Shown: positions 39,395-46,718 of the stretch, piece by piece
How the letters are laid out: each line of letters opens with the position of its first letter
Numbering within the stretch: position 1 is the first letter of the stretch
DNA from: an uncultured delta proteobacterium
GTDB lineage: Bacteria; Myxococcota_A; Polyangia; Fen-1088
Direction: 5' to 3'
Assembly (NCBI GenBank): GCA_963758155.1
Contig: CAVWUP010000032.1
Location: 2,478-66,477, forward strand
DNA length: 64,000 nucleotides
Program-made: the position numbers and the translations under genes
Notes under the pieces: model-generated
What the model was told of the DNA's origin: nothing
What the model saw: only the letters and a program-made list of their open reading frames with translations
The model's database searches: none

Positions 39395-39643
39395 CTCGCC
39401 CAGCCTTTGGCCCGAGTTGCCCAGGGCTCGCCCAACTCCAAAGTTGGGCAAACTATTGAATCATTCTAGGAAGTTGCAGGCGTGCCCCACTGCCCGACGA
39501 CTTTTGGCCTTCTTCAGCAACGGGATTCAACTTGGGGTTTGCGCCATATCAGGAGAAGTCGTCGGGCAACGGGGCAGCCAATGATTCCGGCAACTTGTGT
39601 TATTGGGCAAGTCTCGGGCAAGTGTTGGGCAAGGCTTGGGTGA
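39395..39643. repeat. Long imperfect palindrome with 11-bp-period TYGGGCAAG repeats
   Basis: Inner arms 39483-39503 / 39556-39576 (19/21); right outer arm TTGGGCAAGTC TCGGGCAAGTG TTGGGCAAGGC TTGGGTGA mirrored by GCCC(A/G) repeats at 39396-39437; local hairpin GCCCAACT-CCAA-AGTTGGGC at 39430-39449. Confidence 0.8.
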
Positions 39644-39779
39644 TGCACTTGTCTTTGGGTGCGCGCATCTGCGCGGAGACGAGATCCCTGGCCACGCCCT
39701 CGACAATGTTCCGGGAAATGCTGATGACTGGTCGCCTGCGGAATCCAAGAGCGCCTCGCTGACAATGCCTGCCAGAAGC

Positions 39780-40346
39780 CTACGGTGTCGAGCGGTTGGG
39801 CGGCAAGCCCGTCCCCCGGCCCTTGGTCTGGAAACCGATCTGCCGCTTGGGTTTCTCCGGCGTGGCCATCAGGCTGCGGACGGCGTCGAACAAGGTCACT
39901 ATGTTCTTGTCGTGGGACGCGATCTGCTTCTCCAGCTCTTCCAGTTTGGTCGCGAGCTGGCGATGGGAGGCCAGGAATCCCCGGAGCCGGACGAAGGCGC
40001 GGACCACCTCGACGCTCATCTGCACGGCCTTGGCCGAGTTCAGCACGGAAGCGGCCATGACGGCGCCGTGCTCGGTGAAGGCGGTTGGCAGGTACTTCCG
40101 GTGCTCGCCTCGACCGGGCTTTAAGGTCGCAATTTGCGACCTTAGAGCGGCGCCCTCTTCCTTGGTCAAGACGAAGGCGAAGTCAGGGGGAAATCGGTCG
40201 GCATTCCGTTTCACCTGCTCGTTCAATCGCTTGACGGGCACGCCGTACAAGGCGGCCAGGTCGGAATCGAGGATCACCCTGTGTCCGCGCAGGACGAGGA
40301 TCGTCCGCTCCACCCGTTCCAGCGGGACGAGGCTGGGCGTGCTCAC
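39780..40346 (-). CDS. ORF6N domain DNA-binding protein, 188 aa
   Basis: ILVLRGHRVILDSDLAALYGVPVKRLNEQVKRNADRFPPDFAF...AFTEHGAVMAASVLNS...VVRAFVRLR...KRQIGF. Confidence 0.92.
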   Translation of the reverse strand: MSTPSLVPLERVERTILVLRGHRVILDSDLAALYGVPVKRLNEQVKRNADRFPPDFAFVLTKEEGAALRSQIATLKPGRGEHRKYLPTAFTEHGAVMAASVLNSAKAVQMSVEVVRAFVRLRGFLASHRQLATKLEELEKQIASHDKNIVTLFDAVRSLMATPEKPKRQIGFQTKGRGTGLPPNRSTP

Positions 40347-40516
40347 TTTTCGGTCGCTTTCTTGGCGTCGTAGTCAGCCCGGCCCTTCTCCAGCCACTCC
40401 TCGGCCAGGGCTGAGTAGGTCTGCCGCTTCTCGGTCGCGGCCCGCTTGAGCGCCTTGAGCAGCGCTGGCGGCAGGCACAGCAAGATCTTGTCGTGGTAGA
40501 GGGGCTTCCGGGGCAT
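40343..40516 (-). CDS. Small ribbon-helix-helix-like regulator, 57 aa
   Basis: KILLCLPPALLKALKRAATEKRQTYSALAEEWLEK fits the RHH pattern; GTGA coupling to ORF6N. Confidence 0.7.
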   Translation of the reverse strand: MPRKPLYHDKILLCLPPALLKALKRAATEKRQTYSALAEEWLEKGRADYDAKKATEK

Positions 40517-40582
40517 TTGCTTCGTTCGCTTCGCTCTCAACACTATCCAACCTCCTGAAAACAGCAAGGTTTCCGGTGATGT

Positions 40583-40610
40583 GGATATAACTATATCAAA
40601 GTTTATATCC
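40583..40610. promoter_or_regulatory. AT-rich operator-like inverted repeat in the divergent promoter region
   Basis: GGATATAA-ctatatcaaagt-TTATATCC; three GATATA/TATATC half-sites. Confidence 0.65.
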
Positions 40611-40641
40611 GCTTGGTAAGCTATCGGTGGAGGTCAAGAAC

Positions 40642-40827
40642 ATGCCGAGCCCCACCGTTACCATCCCGCTCAAAAACATCTTCTTCCCCTGGACTGAATC
40701 TGGCCCCCGCCAGCAGGCGGAGCTGCGTCCGCTGGCCACGACCTGGGAGGAGCTGCCTGACAGGACATTCGCCGATCAGAGCACTAATGTCCGGGCGGCA
40801 TTGATGACGATGACGAGGAAACGATGA
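40642..40827 (+). CDS. Small hypothetical protein, 61 aa
   Basis: GGAGG RBS at 40629, ATG 40642, ATGA overlap with the next gene. Confidence 0.6.
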   Translation: MPSPTVTIPLKNIFFPWTESGPRQQAELRPLATTWEELPDRTFADQSTNVRAALMTMTRKR

Positions 40828-41621
40828 TCTACATTTTCGACAACGGGGAAGTGTACTCAAACCACGCGCTGTATTTCGTCGAGGCGCCAGAGGACTTCGG
40901 CGCATGGTTCAACGACGTCTATCTACCCTGGATCGACGGCGCCGTGTATCGGCCGTTGATGATCGTGGCCACGGCGCCAGCGGTCGAGCGGCGCGAGCGC
41001 GTGCCCTACAACCCTCGCCCTGTCGATAAGTTCGATCTGCCCATCGAGGACGACCCCATGCATGAGTTCTCGACGATGCCGGTCGTCGATTTCCTGGCCA
41101 AGATCGTCGAGCAGAAGCGGGACGGCAAGCCCCGTCCGCGCTACAGGCTTGAGGACGAGACCGTGAGCCCCGCCGAGGGGAGTCCCGATGACTCGCGCCC
41201 CGGGGAAGCTCTCCTGCTCGCGAATCTCAAGGCCGCCCTCCCCGAGCTGGAGAGGCTGCGCGGCGACTGCCGGGCGCGAGCCGACGAGGACGTTCCCTAC
41301 CGGCTCCTGCACCTGTCGAACAAGGTCTATTGGGCGCAGCACCACACGACCGAGATCGTGACCCGCCTCCGCGCCCTGGCGCCCGTGCCGGGCAGGCTCG
41401 ACGACTACATCGAGGAGATCATCGCCGCTGGCACCGGGAAGAAGTGGGAGCTGTCTCACAATGGCGATTGGACGCTGCACACCCGCCCCATCGTCGAGGC
41501 ATATTTCTGGGCGCGGTACCTGCTCGACATGGCCATCCGGTTTGGCCACGAGTACGAACGGCCGCCCGGCCTCCTAGATTACGGGTGGGCCGCGCTGCTG
41601 ACCATCTATCGCCTCCGGTGA
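40824..41621 (+). CDS. Hypothetical protein, apparently two-domain, 265 aa
   Basis: Long ORF with high-GC3 codon usage, translationally coupled in the operon; acidic linker separates two parts. Confidence 0.8.
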   Translation: MIYIFDNGEVYSNHALYFVEAPEDFGAWFNDVYLPWIDGAVYRPLMIVATAPAVERRERVPYNPRPVDKFDLPIEDDPMHEFSTMPVVDFLAKIVEQKRDGKPRPRYRLEDETVSPAEGSPDDSRPGEALLLANLKAALPELERLRGDCRARADEDVPYRLLHLSNKVYWAQHHTTEIVTRLRALAPVPGRLDDYIEEIIAAGTGKKWELSHNGDWTLHTRPIVEAYFWARYLLDMAIRFGHEYERPPGLLDYGWAALLTIYRLR

Positions 41622-41627
41622 AAAACA

Positions 41628-42953
41628 ATGGTCACGAAAATCAAGCAAGCCCCGAAAAGGAAGAAGCTGAGGACCGCAGGTTTCTCAAACCCGAACGCCC
41701 TCAAGCTCGAGATCCCCACGCCGCCCACCTTGCGCGAGTGCCTCGCCCAGGGCCTCTTCGGTTCAGGCATCTCTCCCCGTGGCTATCGCGAGATGAGCGT
41801 CGAGCACTCGAAGCAGCTCATTGAGCAGCATCCGAGTCTCTACCGCCTGGCCGACGCCTCGCCCGTTCCGTCTTCGCCGCCCTTCGCCCGGGAGGGCTTC
41901 GCATGCGGCGACGGCTGGTTCGAGATCGTCGGTCGGTTGTCCGCGAGGCTGTCCGCCGATCCGAACCTCGTCGTCGGCCAGCTCAAGGAAAAGTTCGGCC
42001 TGCTGAGGATCTCCTTCGAGATGAGCCCCTTGCCCCCCAGTGAGATCGAGGAGGGCACGGACATCGCCCTGGCGGAGGCGGTGGCGGAATCTCAGATCAC
42101 GTGTGAGCGGTGCGGAAAGCCTGGCAAGCACGCACAGCGCGAGGGGCGCTGGTCGGTCAAGTGCGATGTCTGCACGGCGGAAGAGGCGCGGAGGAAGAGC
42201 CTGAGACCGTGGATGAAGAGGCTCCTCGCGGGGCTGCCCGCCGCCCCGGGCGGGCGGAGCCGGCTCGACCTGTCGCCGGAGCACGCGCTCGCGCTCCTCG
42301 AAAAGTACCCTGGCCTCTATCGCGAGGCATGGACTGCGCCGACGAGCCCGGCGAGCCGATTCGCCGCAGGCGGATTCGAGATCGGCGACGGGTGGTTCCG
42401 CATCGTCGACCGCATCTCGGCGAGGCTGGCCAAAGACCCGGCCCTCCACGTCGTCCAGGTCAAAGAAAAATACGGCCGCCTGAAGGTGTACTTCGAGAGG
42501 GATGAGAGCGCGCCGCGAGACCCGCGCCTCGACGCCGAGATCGAAGCCGCGATCCGCGAGGCGGCCGACGAGTCCGAGCGAACATGCGAAGTCTGCGGCG
42601 AGCCCGGCACGCACGAGGAGCGGCACCGTTGGTGGAGTGTCCGGTGCGGGACGTGCGATCAGATCGACGAGATCTCAGCCGCTTGCGGTCGCATCGGGAA
42701 GCTGGTGGAGGGCCTGGACTTGGCAGCGTTCTCCGCGAACGAGATGATCCAGGACGCCGTCAGGCTCGCCCTGGTGGATATCGGCCATGCGGCGGCCGGC
42801 CAGCCCTCGAAGTCGCGGGAGAGGCTCCCGGGCATCGGGTGGGACAGATTGGAACATTTCAAGGACGTTACAGCCGTCAAGGGCATGCCGGTGGACGAGC
42901 TGTGGAGGTTCGCGAGCGAGGAGGCCCCCGTGCTGGAAAGGAAGTTGCGATGA
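41628..42953 (+). CDS. Two repeats of a GDGW/Q.KEK.G.L/CxxC Zn-binding domain plus a degenerate HepT (DUF86) domain, 441 aa
   Basis: Repeats GFACGDGWFEIV..QLKEKFGLLR..CERCGKPG..CDVC and GFEIGDGWFRIV..QVKEKYGRLK..CEVCGEPG..CGTC; C-terminus GLDLAAFSANEMIQDAVRLALVDIGHAA...LPGIGW without RxxxxH. Confidence 0.85.
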   Translation: MVTKIKQAPKRKKLRTAGFSNPNALKLEIPTPPTLRECLAQGLFGSGISPRGYREMSVEHSKQLIEQHPSLYRLADASPVPSSPPFAREGFACGDGWFEIVGRLSARLSADPNLVVGQLKEKFGLLRISFEMSPLPPSEIEEGTDIALAEAVAESQITCERCGKPGKHAQREGRWSVKCDVCTAEEARRKSLRPWMKRLLAGLPAAPGGRSRLDLSPEHALALLEKYPGLYREAWTAPTSPASRFAAGGFEIGDGWFRIVDRISARLAKDPALHVVQVKEKYGRLKVYFERDESAPRDPRLDAEIEAAIREAADESERTCEVCGEPGTHEERHRWWSVRCGTCDQIDEISAACGRIGKLVEGLDLAAFSANEMIQDAVRLALVDIGHAAAGQPSKSRERLPGIGWDRLEHFKDVTAVKGMPVDELWRFASEEAPVLERKLR

Positions 42954-43741
42954 AGGGCGCCGGCTCAAGCTACGACGAGCTTGTCGCCCTCCGGTCCAAG
43001 ACCGTCTTCGAGCGGGCTACGCTTCTCGCCGCCTCGGGCGACAGGAGCCGACTCGACATGACGGCTGCCCACGTCCTGTCCCTCCTCGAACGCTTCCCCG
43101 CCCTCTACCGGCAGGCGTGGGCCACGCCCTCGAACGCGGCCAGGCCCTTCGCGCGGGATGGTTTCGACGTCGGCGACGGCTGGTTCGGCATCGTTGATCG
43201 GCTGTCCGCGAAGCTGGCTGTCGATCAGTCAAACCACATCGATCAGCTCAAGGAAAAATGGGGCCGGCTCACCGTGTACTTCGAGAGGGAGGAAAGCGTG
43301 CCGCGAGATCTGAGCCTTGACGCCGAGATGGACGCCGCGATCGACCAGGCGGAAGAGGAGTCCGAGCGGACATGCCTGGTCTGCGGCGAGCCCGGGACAA
43401 TCGCGAGGCGGGGACGTTGGGTCACGGTGCTGTGCGGGCCGTGCGTGCAGATTTTTGAGATTGCGGAGACTTGCAGGAGTATCGCAGAGCGGTTGGAGGG
43501 CCTGGACCTGGCAGCGTTCTCCGCGAACGAGACGATCCAGGACGCCGTCAGGATGGAACTGGTGTACCTCGGCCACGCGGCGGCCGGTCAGCCCCCGGCA
43601 TCGAGGGCCAGGCTCCCGGGCATCGACTGGGAGCGGCTGGATCAACTCAAGGAAACAAAGGCCGTCATGGTCATGCCCGTCGGTGACCTGTGGAGGTTCG
43701 CCAGCGAGGAGGCCCCCGGGCTGGAGAGGAAACTGCGGTGA
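42950..43741 (+). CDS. Paralogue with one Zn-binding domain plus a degenerate HepT domain, 263 aa
   Basis: ATG 42950 (ATGA overlap); near-duplicate of the C-terminal half of the upstream gene; ends LWRFASEEAPGLERKLR. Confidence 0.85.
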   Translation: MKGAGSSYDELVALRSKTVFERATLLAASGDRSRLDMTAAHVLSLLERFPALYRQAWATPSNAARPFARDGFDVGDGWFGIVDRLSAKLAVDQSNHIDQLKEKWGRLTVYFEREESVPRDLSLDAEMDAAIDQAEEESERTCLVCGEPGTIARRGRWVTVLCGPCVQIFEIAETCRSIAERLEGLDLAAFSANETIQDAVRMELVYLGHAAAGQPPASRARLPGIDWERLDQLKETKAVMVMPVGDLWRFASEEAPGLERKLR

Positions 43742-44550
43742 AGAGCAAGAAGTCGGTCGCGAAGAAGCCCCACAAGCCCTGGCTCGGCGACTTGGTCCTG
43801 ACGCCCAAGCCAGCCAGTGCTTGGTTCAACGATATCCTGATAGCCTGCAAGCGCCTCCCACAGTGCCTGGAGGGCGTGAGTTTCGCGAAATTCTCGGCGA
43901 GCCGCCCACACCAGGACGCGGCCATGCGCCACATACAACAAATTGGGGAGGCTGCGTCCCGCCAGCCCACCAGGGTCAGGCTGCGGCACCCGGCTGTCGA
44001 CTGGAAGGCTCTCGTCCGCTTTAAGAAGATGATTGGCCTTCGCGGCAGCCCGACGATGACCCCGAGACAGATCTGGGACTTCGTCCTTGAGAGCCCAAGG
44101 CTGGAGAAGTGGTTGCGCGAGACATGGACCAAGGCCGAGCGCGAGGCGGCGGAGGCTCGGGCCGACGCCAGGGACGTGAGGATTGCCGAGCGTCAGATCG
44201 CCGATCTTGAGGCTGGGCGTGCCCACGCGATCTCAAGCGAGGAGATGCGTGAGAGGCTCGGGCTCGGCCCACGCGGGGACAAGCCACAGACCCCGTACAG
44301 CCACAGGTACCACTTCGTGTTCTGGCTGGAGGATGAGATCTGGTCGGCCAAGGCTCCATCGGTCCGGGGCGTATACGGCGTCGGCCCGACGGCCGAGGAG
44401 GCCAAGGATGACCTGGTCGAGGCGCTCGAAGCTCTGTCCGAGCACCTCAAGAAATCAGGCGAGAATAGGAAGGCGGCCGTGTGTGACCGCCTGGTGGCAT
44501 CATGGAAGACCAAGACGAGACGACGGAAGACAAGCTCGCGGCGGAGCTAG
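43738..44550 (+). CDS. Chimeric protein: degenerate HepT + RelB-type antitoxin tail + HicB-like domain, 270 aa
   Basis: GTG 43738; DILIACKRL...GVSFAKF...QDAAMRHIQQIGEAA...HPAVDW (DUF86); RQIADLEAGRAHAISSEEMRERLGL; YHFVFWLEDEIWSAKAPSVRGVYGVGPTAEEAKDDLVEAL (HicB). Confidence 0.82.
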   Translation: MKSKKSVAKKPHKPWLGDLVLTPKPASAWFNDILIACKRLPQCLEGVSFAKFSASRPHQDAAMRHIQQIGEAASRQPTRVRLRHPAVDWKALVRFKKMIGLRGSPTMTPRQIWDFVLESPRLEKWLRETWTKAEREAAEARADARDVRIAERQIADLEAGRAHAISSEEMRERLGLGPRGDKPQTPYSHRYHFVFWLEDEIWSAKAPSVRGVYGVGPTAEEAKDDLVEALEALSEHLKKSGENRKAAVCDRLVASWKTKTRRRKTSSRRS

Positions 44551-44708
44551 ATCTGGGGTTCCTGGCCAGGGTCGCCCTGGCCGGTTTTGCACTCCACTTT
44601 GCCGGATATGCGGCGGACTGCCCGGCTGCCGGCGACGCCGCTGCAGCCGTGTTCTTCGCTGGCTGGCTCTGGGGAGGGCGCAACACCACAGAGGAGGGCA
44701 AGCCGTGA
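44502..44708 (+). CDS. Possible small hydrophobic protein, 68 aa
   Basis: Overlaps the upstream 3' end by 49 nt; its stop overlaps the next start (GTGA); two hydrophobic stretches. Confidence 0.45.
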   Translation: MEDQDETTEDKLAAELDLGFLARVALAGFALHFAGYAADCPAAGDAAAAVFFAGWLWGGRNTTEEGKP

Positions 44709-45121
44709 GCAGGCCACAAGTACCCTCAATCGGCGCCGAGCAGCGTTCGCGCATTGCACGTCGCGCGGCGACGGCGCGGTGGTCGCGACTGGGCAGGGGC
44801 GTCCTGACCCTGGCCCAGATCCGGGACGCGGTCACGAAGGCCCTGGGTGAGCGCAAGGCGAAGGCATATGTCTTCGATGCCTATGCACGGGGCGACGCCA
44901 CCGTCCGGGATGAGATCTACATCCTGGTGATCGTGAAGAAGATGCCGGAGGACTGGGCGGGAGAGATCGCCGATTTGACCGGGGCGATACACAAGGCCCT
45001 GGGCGACGATTGCAAGGAAATCGTCCTGTACCTGGCCGACGAGGCAACATACCGGGAATGGAAGGGAGCCTTCGGCACCCCTCACTACGCGGTCGCCCCC
45101 GAGGGGATACGGCTTGTCTAG
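44705..45121 (+). CDS. Degenerate minimal nucleotidyltransferase (MNT), 138 aa
   Basis: GTG 44705 after GGAGG; KAYVFDAYARGDATVRDEIYILVIV versus the consensus LFGSYARG.A...SDIDLLV; N-terminal RSRIARRAATARW helix; EGIRLV tail typical of MNTs. Confidence 0.8.
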   Translation: MSRPQVPSIGAEQRSRIARRAATARWSRLGRGVLTLAQIRDAVTKALGERKAKAYVFDAYARGDATVRDEIYILVIVKKMPEDWAGEIADLTGAIHKALGDDCKEIVLYLADEATYREWKGAFGTPHYAVAPEGIRLV

Positions 45122-45839
45122 GCTCGTTGGCGTGCTGACGGACATCCACGGCGACATCTTCGCCCTCGACGCCGCCCTGGCCCGTCTCCATCAGATGGGT
45201 TGCAATCCAATTCTCTGCACCGGAGATCTTATCGAGATGGAGCCATTCGGGGAAGAGGTGATCCAGCGCCTCAAGTCCGAGAAGAACGTGATCTGCATCA
45301 AAGGCAACCACGAACGCTGGGCGCTTGAGCGCCGCCGTCGGCGGAAGGACGTGCGCAGTTTTTTCGAGCCCTGCAATATCGCCGACTATGTCGGTGGCGG
45401 CATCGACCTTTCGCGCGAGGCCCTTGCCTGGCTGGCCACGCTGCCTGGCCATTGGGAAGGCGAGCTGGAGGGCGTCCGCGTGGCGATGTGGCACGCCAGA
45501 CCGGGCAGCGACGTGGAGGGCGTGGTGAAGGAAACCACCGGCCCGGAACTGCGGCACCGGCTGCTGGAGCAGGCCCACGCCCAGATATTGATCGTCGGCC
45601 ACACGCACGTGGAGTTCGAGCTGGTGGTGGATGTCCCTCCCAGAAAAATACTGAACCCCGGAGCCTGCTGCGGGAAAGCCTACATCTATAGACAGGCCGG
45701 CCCACTCATCGTGCCCGACGAGTTCCGGCCGGCCACATTCGGCGTCCTGGAACTGCCCTCGATGCGGTTCAAGGTCTACCGTGCCCTCGACGGCGAGCGC
45801 GTTTTCGGAACTTCGCCGGATCGGCCCTGCTTTCGATGA
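45114..45839 (+). CDS. Calcineurin-like metallophosphoesterase, 241 aa
   Basis: TDIHGD, TGDLI, KGNHE, WHARP, VGHTH, NPGA motifs all present. Confidence 0.92.
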   Translation: MSRLVGVLTDIHGDIFALDAALARLHQMGCNPILCTGDLIEMEPFGEEVIQRLKSEKNVICIKGNHERWALERRRRRKDVRSFFEPCNIADYVGGGIDLSREALAWLATLPGHWEGELEGVRVAMWHARPGSDVEGVVKETTGPELRHRLLEQAHAQILIVGHTHVEFELVVDVPPRKILNPGACCGKAYIYRQAGPLIVPDEFRPATFGVLELPSMRFKVYRALDGERVFGTSPDRPCFR

Positions 45840-45853
45840 TCTGCCCGCCGATT

Positions 45854-45884
45854 GGGCTTTGAGGTCGCAATTCCCGACCTCAGA
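45854..45884. repeat. Non-coding copy of the ORF6N internal palindrome
   Basis: GGGCTTTGAGGTCGCAATTCCCGACCTCAGA; 27/31 identical to 40116-40146, same orientation. Confidence 0.8.
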
Positions 45885-46053
45885 TACTGTCAAAACGGCC
45901 AGACGAGGGGACGCCGCGCACGCGGCATCGTCTCATTGGCGTCGCCACTCTGCGGCGGCCGCGCTCGACGCGGCTCAAGCGCCGAGCAAAAGCATGATCA
46001 TCTCCGCCTTGCCTGCGACCAGTGATGTCCGCTTCACGGTGGCGGGTCTTTAT

Positions 46054-46374
46054 CTACCTGACGATGATGACGCTCCCGGTATTTGATCCTTGCACCTGCG
46101 AGCCTGCCGCGCACCAAGCAGTCAGCTCGTAGGTTCCGTAGATGCCAAAAAGGGTGAAGAACTCCGTCACGTCGACTTTGGAGATACCGTTTTGGCATTG
46201 AGTTCTGGGATCCCATGTCTTGTCGGACTCGATCAAGCCCCAAAGAATCATCCGCTGGGTCTTGACCACACGTTGCCCAGGAATCGACCCACTCACCAAA
46301 ATCGAACTTTGGCTCGCACAGCCCACGCAGCAGAGCAACACGAGCGAACCCAGTAGCCGTTTTATCATCGTCAA
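46054..46374 (-). CDS. Bor/Iss-like lipoprotein, 106 aa
   Basis: Lipobox CVGC; ILWGLI...DPRTQCQNGISKV...TLFGIYGTYELTAWC matches the Bor pattern. Confidence 0.75.
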   Translation of the reverse strand: MTMIKRLLGSLVLLCCVGCASQSSILVSGSIPGQRVVKTQRMILWGLIESDKTWDPRTQCQNGISKVDVTEFFTLFGIYGTYELTAWCAAGSQVQGSNTGSVIIVR

Positions 46375-46412
46375 ACCCCATTCCTTTCTTGCTCGAAGGG
46401 TACGCCGGCAGT

Positions 46413-46438
46413 GTACACCGTATTATAGTGCGGTGTCC
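46413..46438. promoter_or_regulatory. Imperfect 26-bp palindrome over divergent -10 elements (putative XRE operator)
   Basis: GTACACCGTATTATAGTGCGGTGTCC, 20/26 self-complementary; contains TATAAT on the minus strand. Confidence 0.6.
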
Positions 46439-46469
46439 AGCGTCCGGATAACGCCGCACGCTCGGGGGC

Positions 46470-46718
46470 GTGAGCAATTCCTCAGCTCTGAGTGCCCTTC
46501 TTCGGGAGATCGGCGGGCGCGTGCGCGCCGCGCGGGAATCGCGGGGATTTACGCAAGAGGAGGCTGCCCACGCTGCGGGAATCGACTACAAGCGCTGGCA
46601 GCGCCTGGAGCAGGGAACGGTGAACCCCACGGTAAAGACCCTCGATAGAGCCGCACAGGCGCTGGGTTCTTCCTTCTGGGACCTGGTGCGCGCGAAGACC
46701 CGGATGCGGCGGCGGTAG
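46470..46718 (+). CDS. XRE-family HTH regulator, 82 aa
   Basis: IGGRVRAARESRGFTQEEAAHAAGIDYKRWQRLEQGTVNPTVKTLDRAAQALG. Confidence 0.9.
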   Translation: MSNSSALSALLREIGGRVRAARESRGFTQEEAAHAAGIDYKRWQRLEQGTVNPTVKTLDRAAQALGSSFWDLVRAKTRMRRR

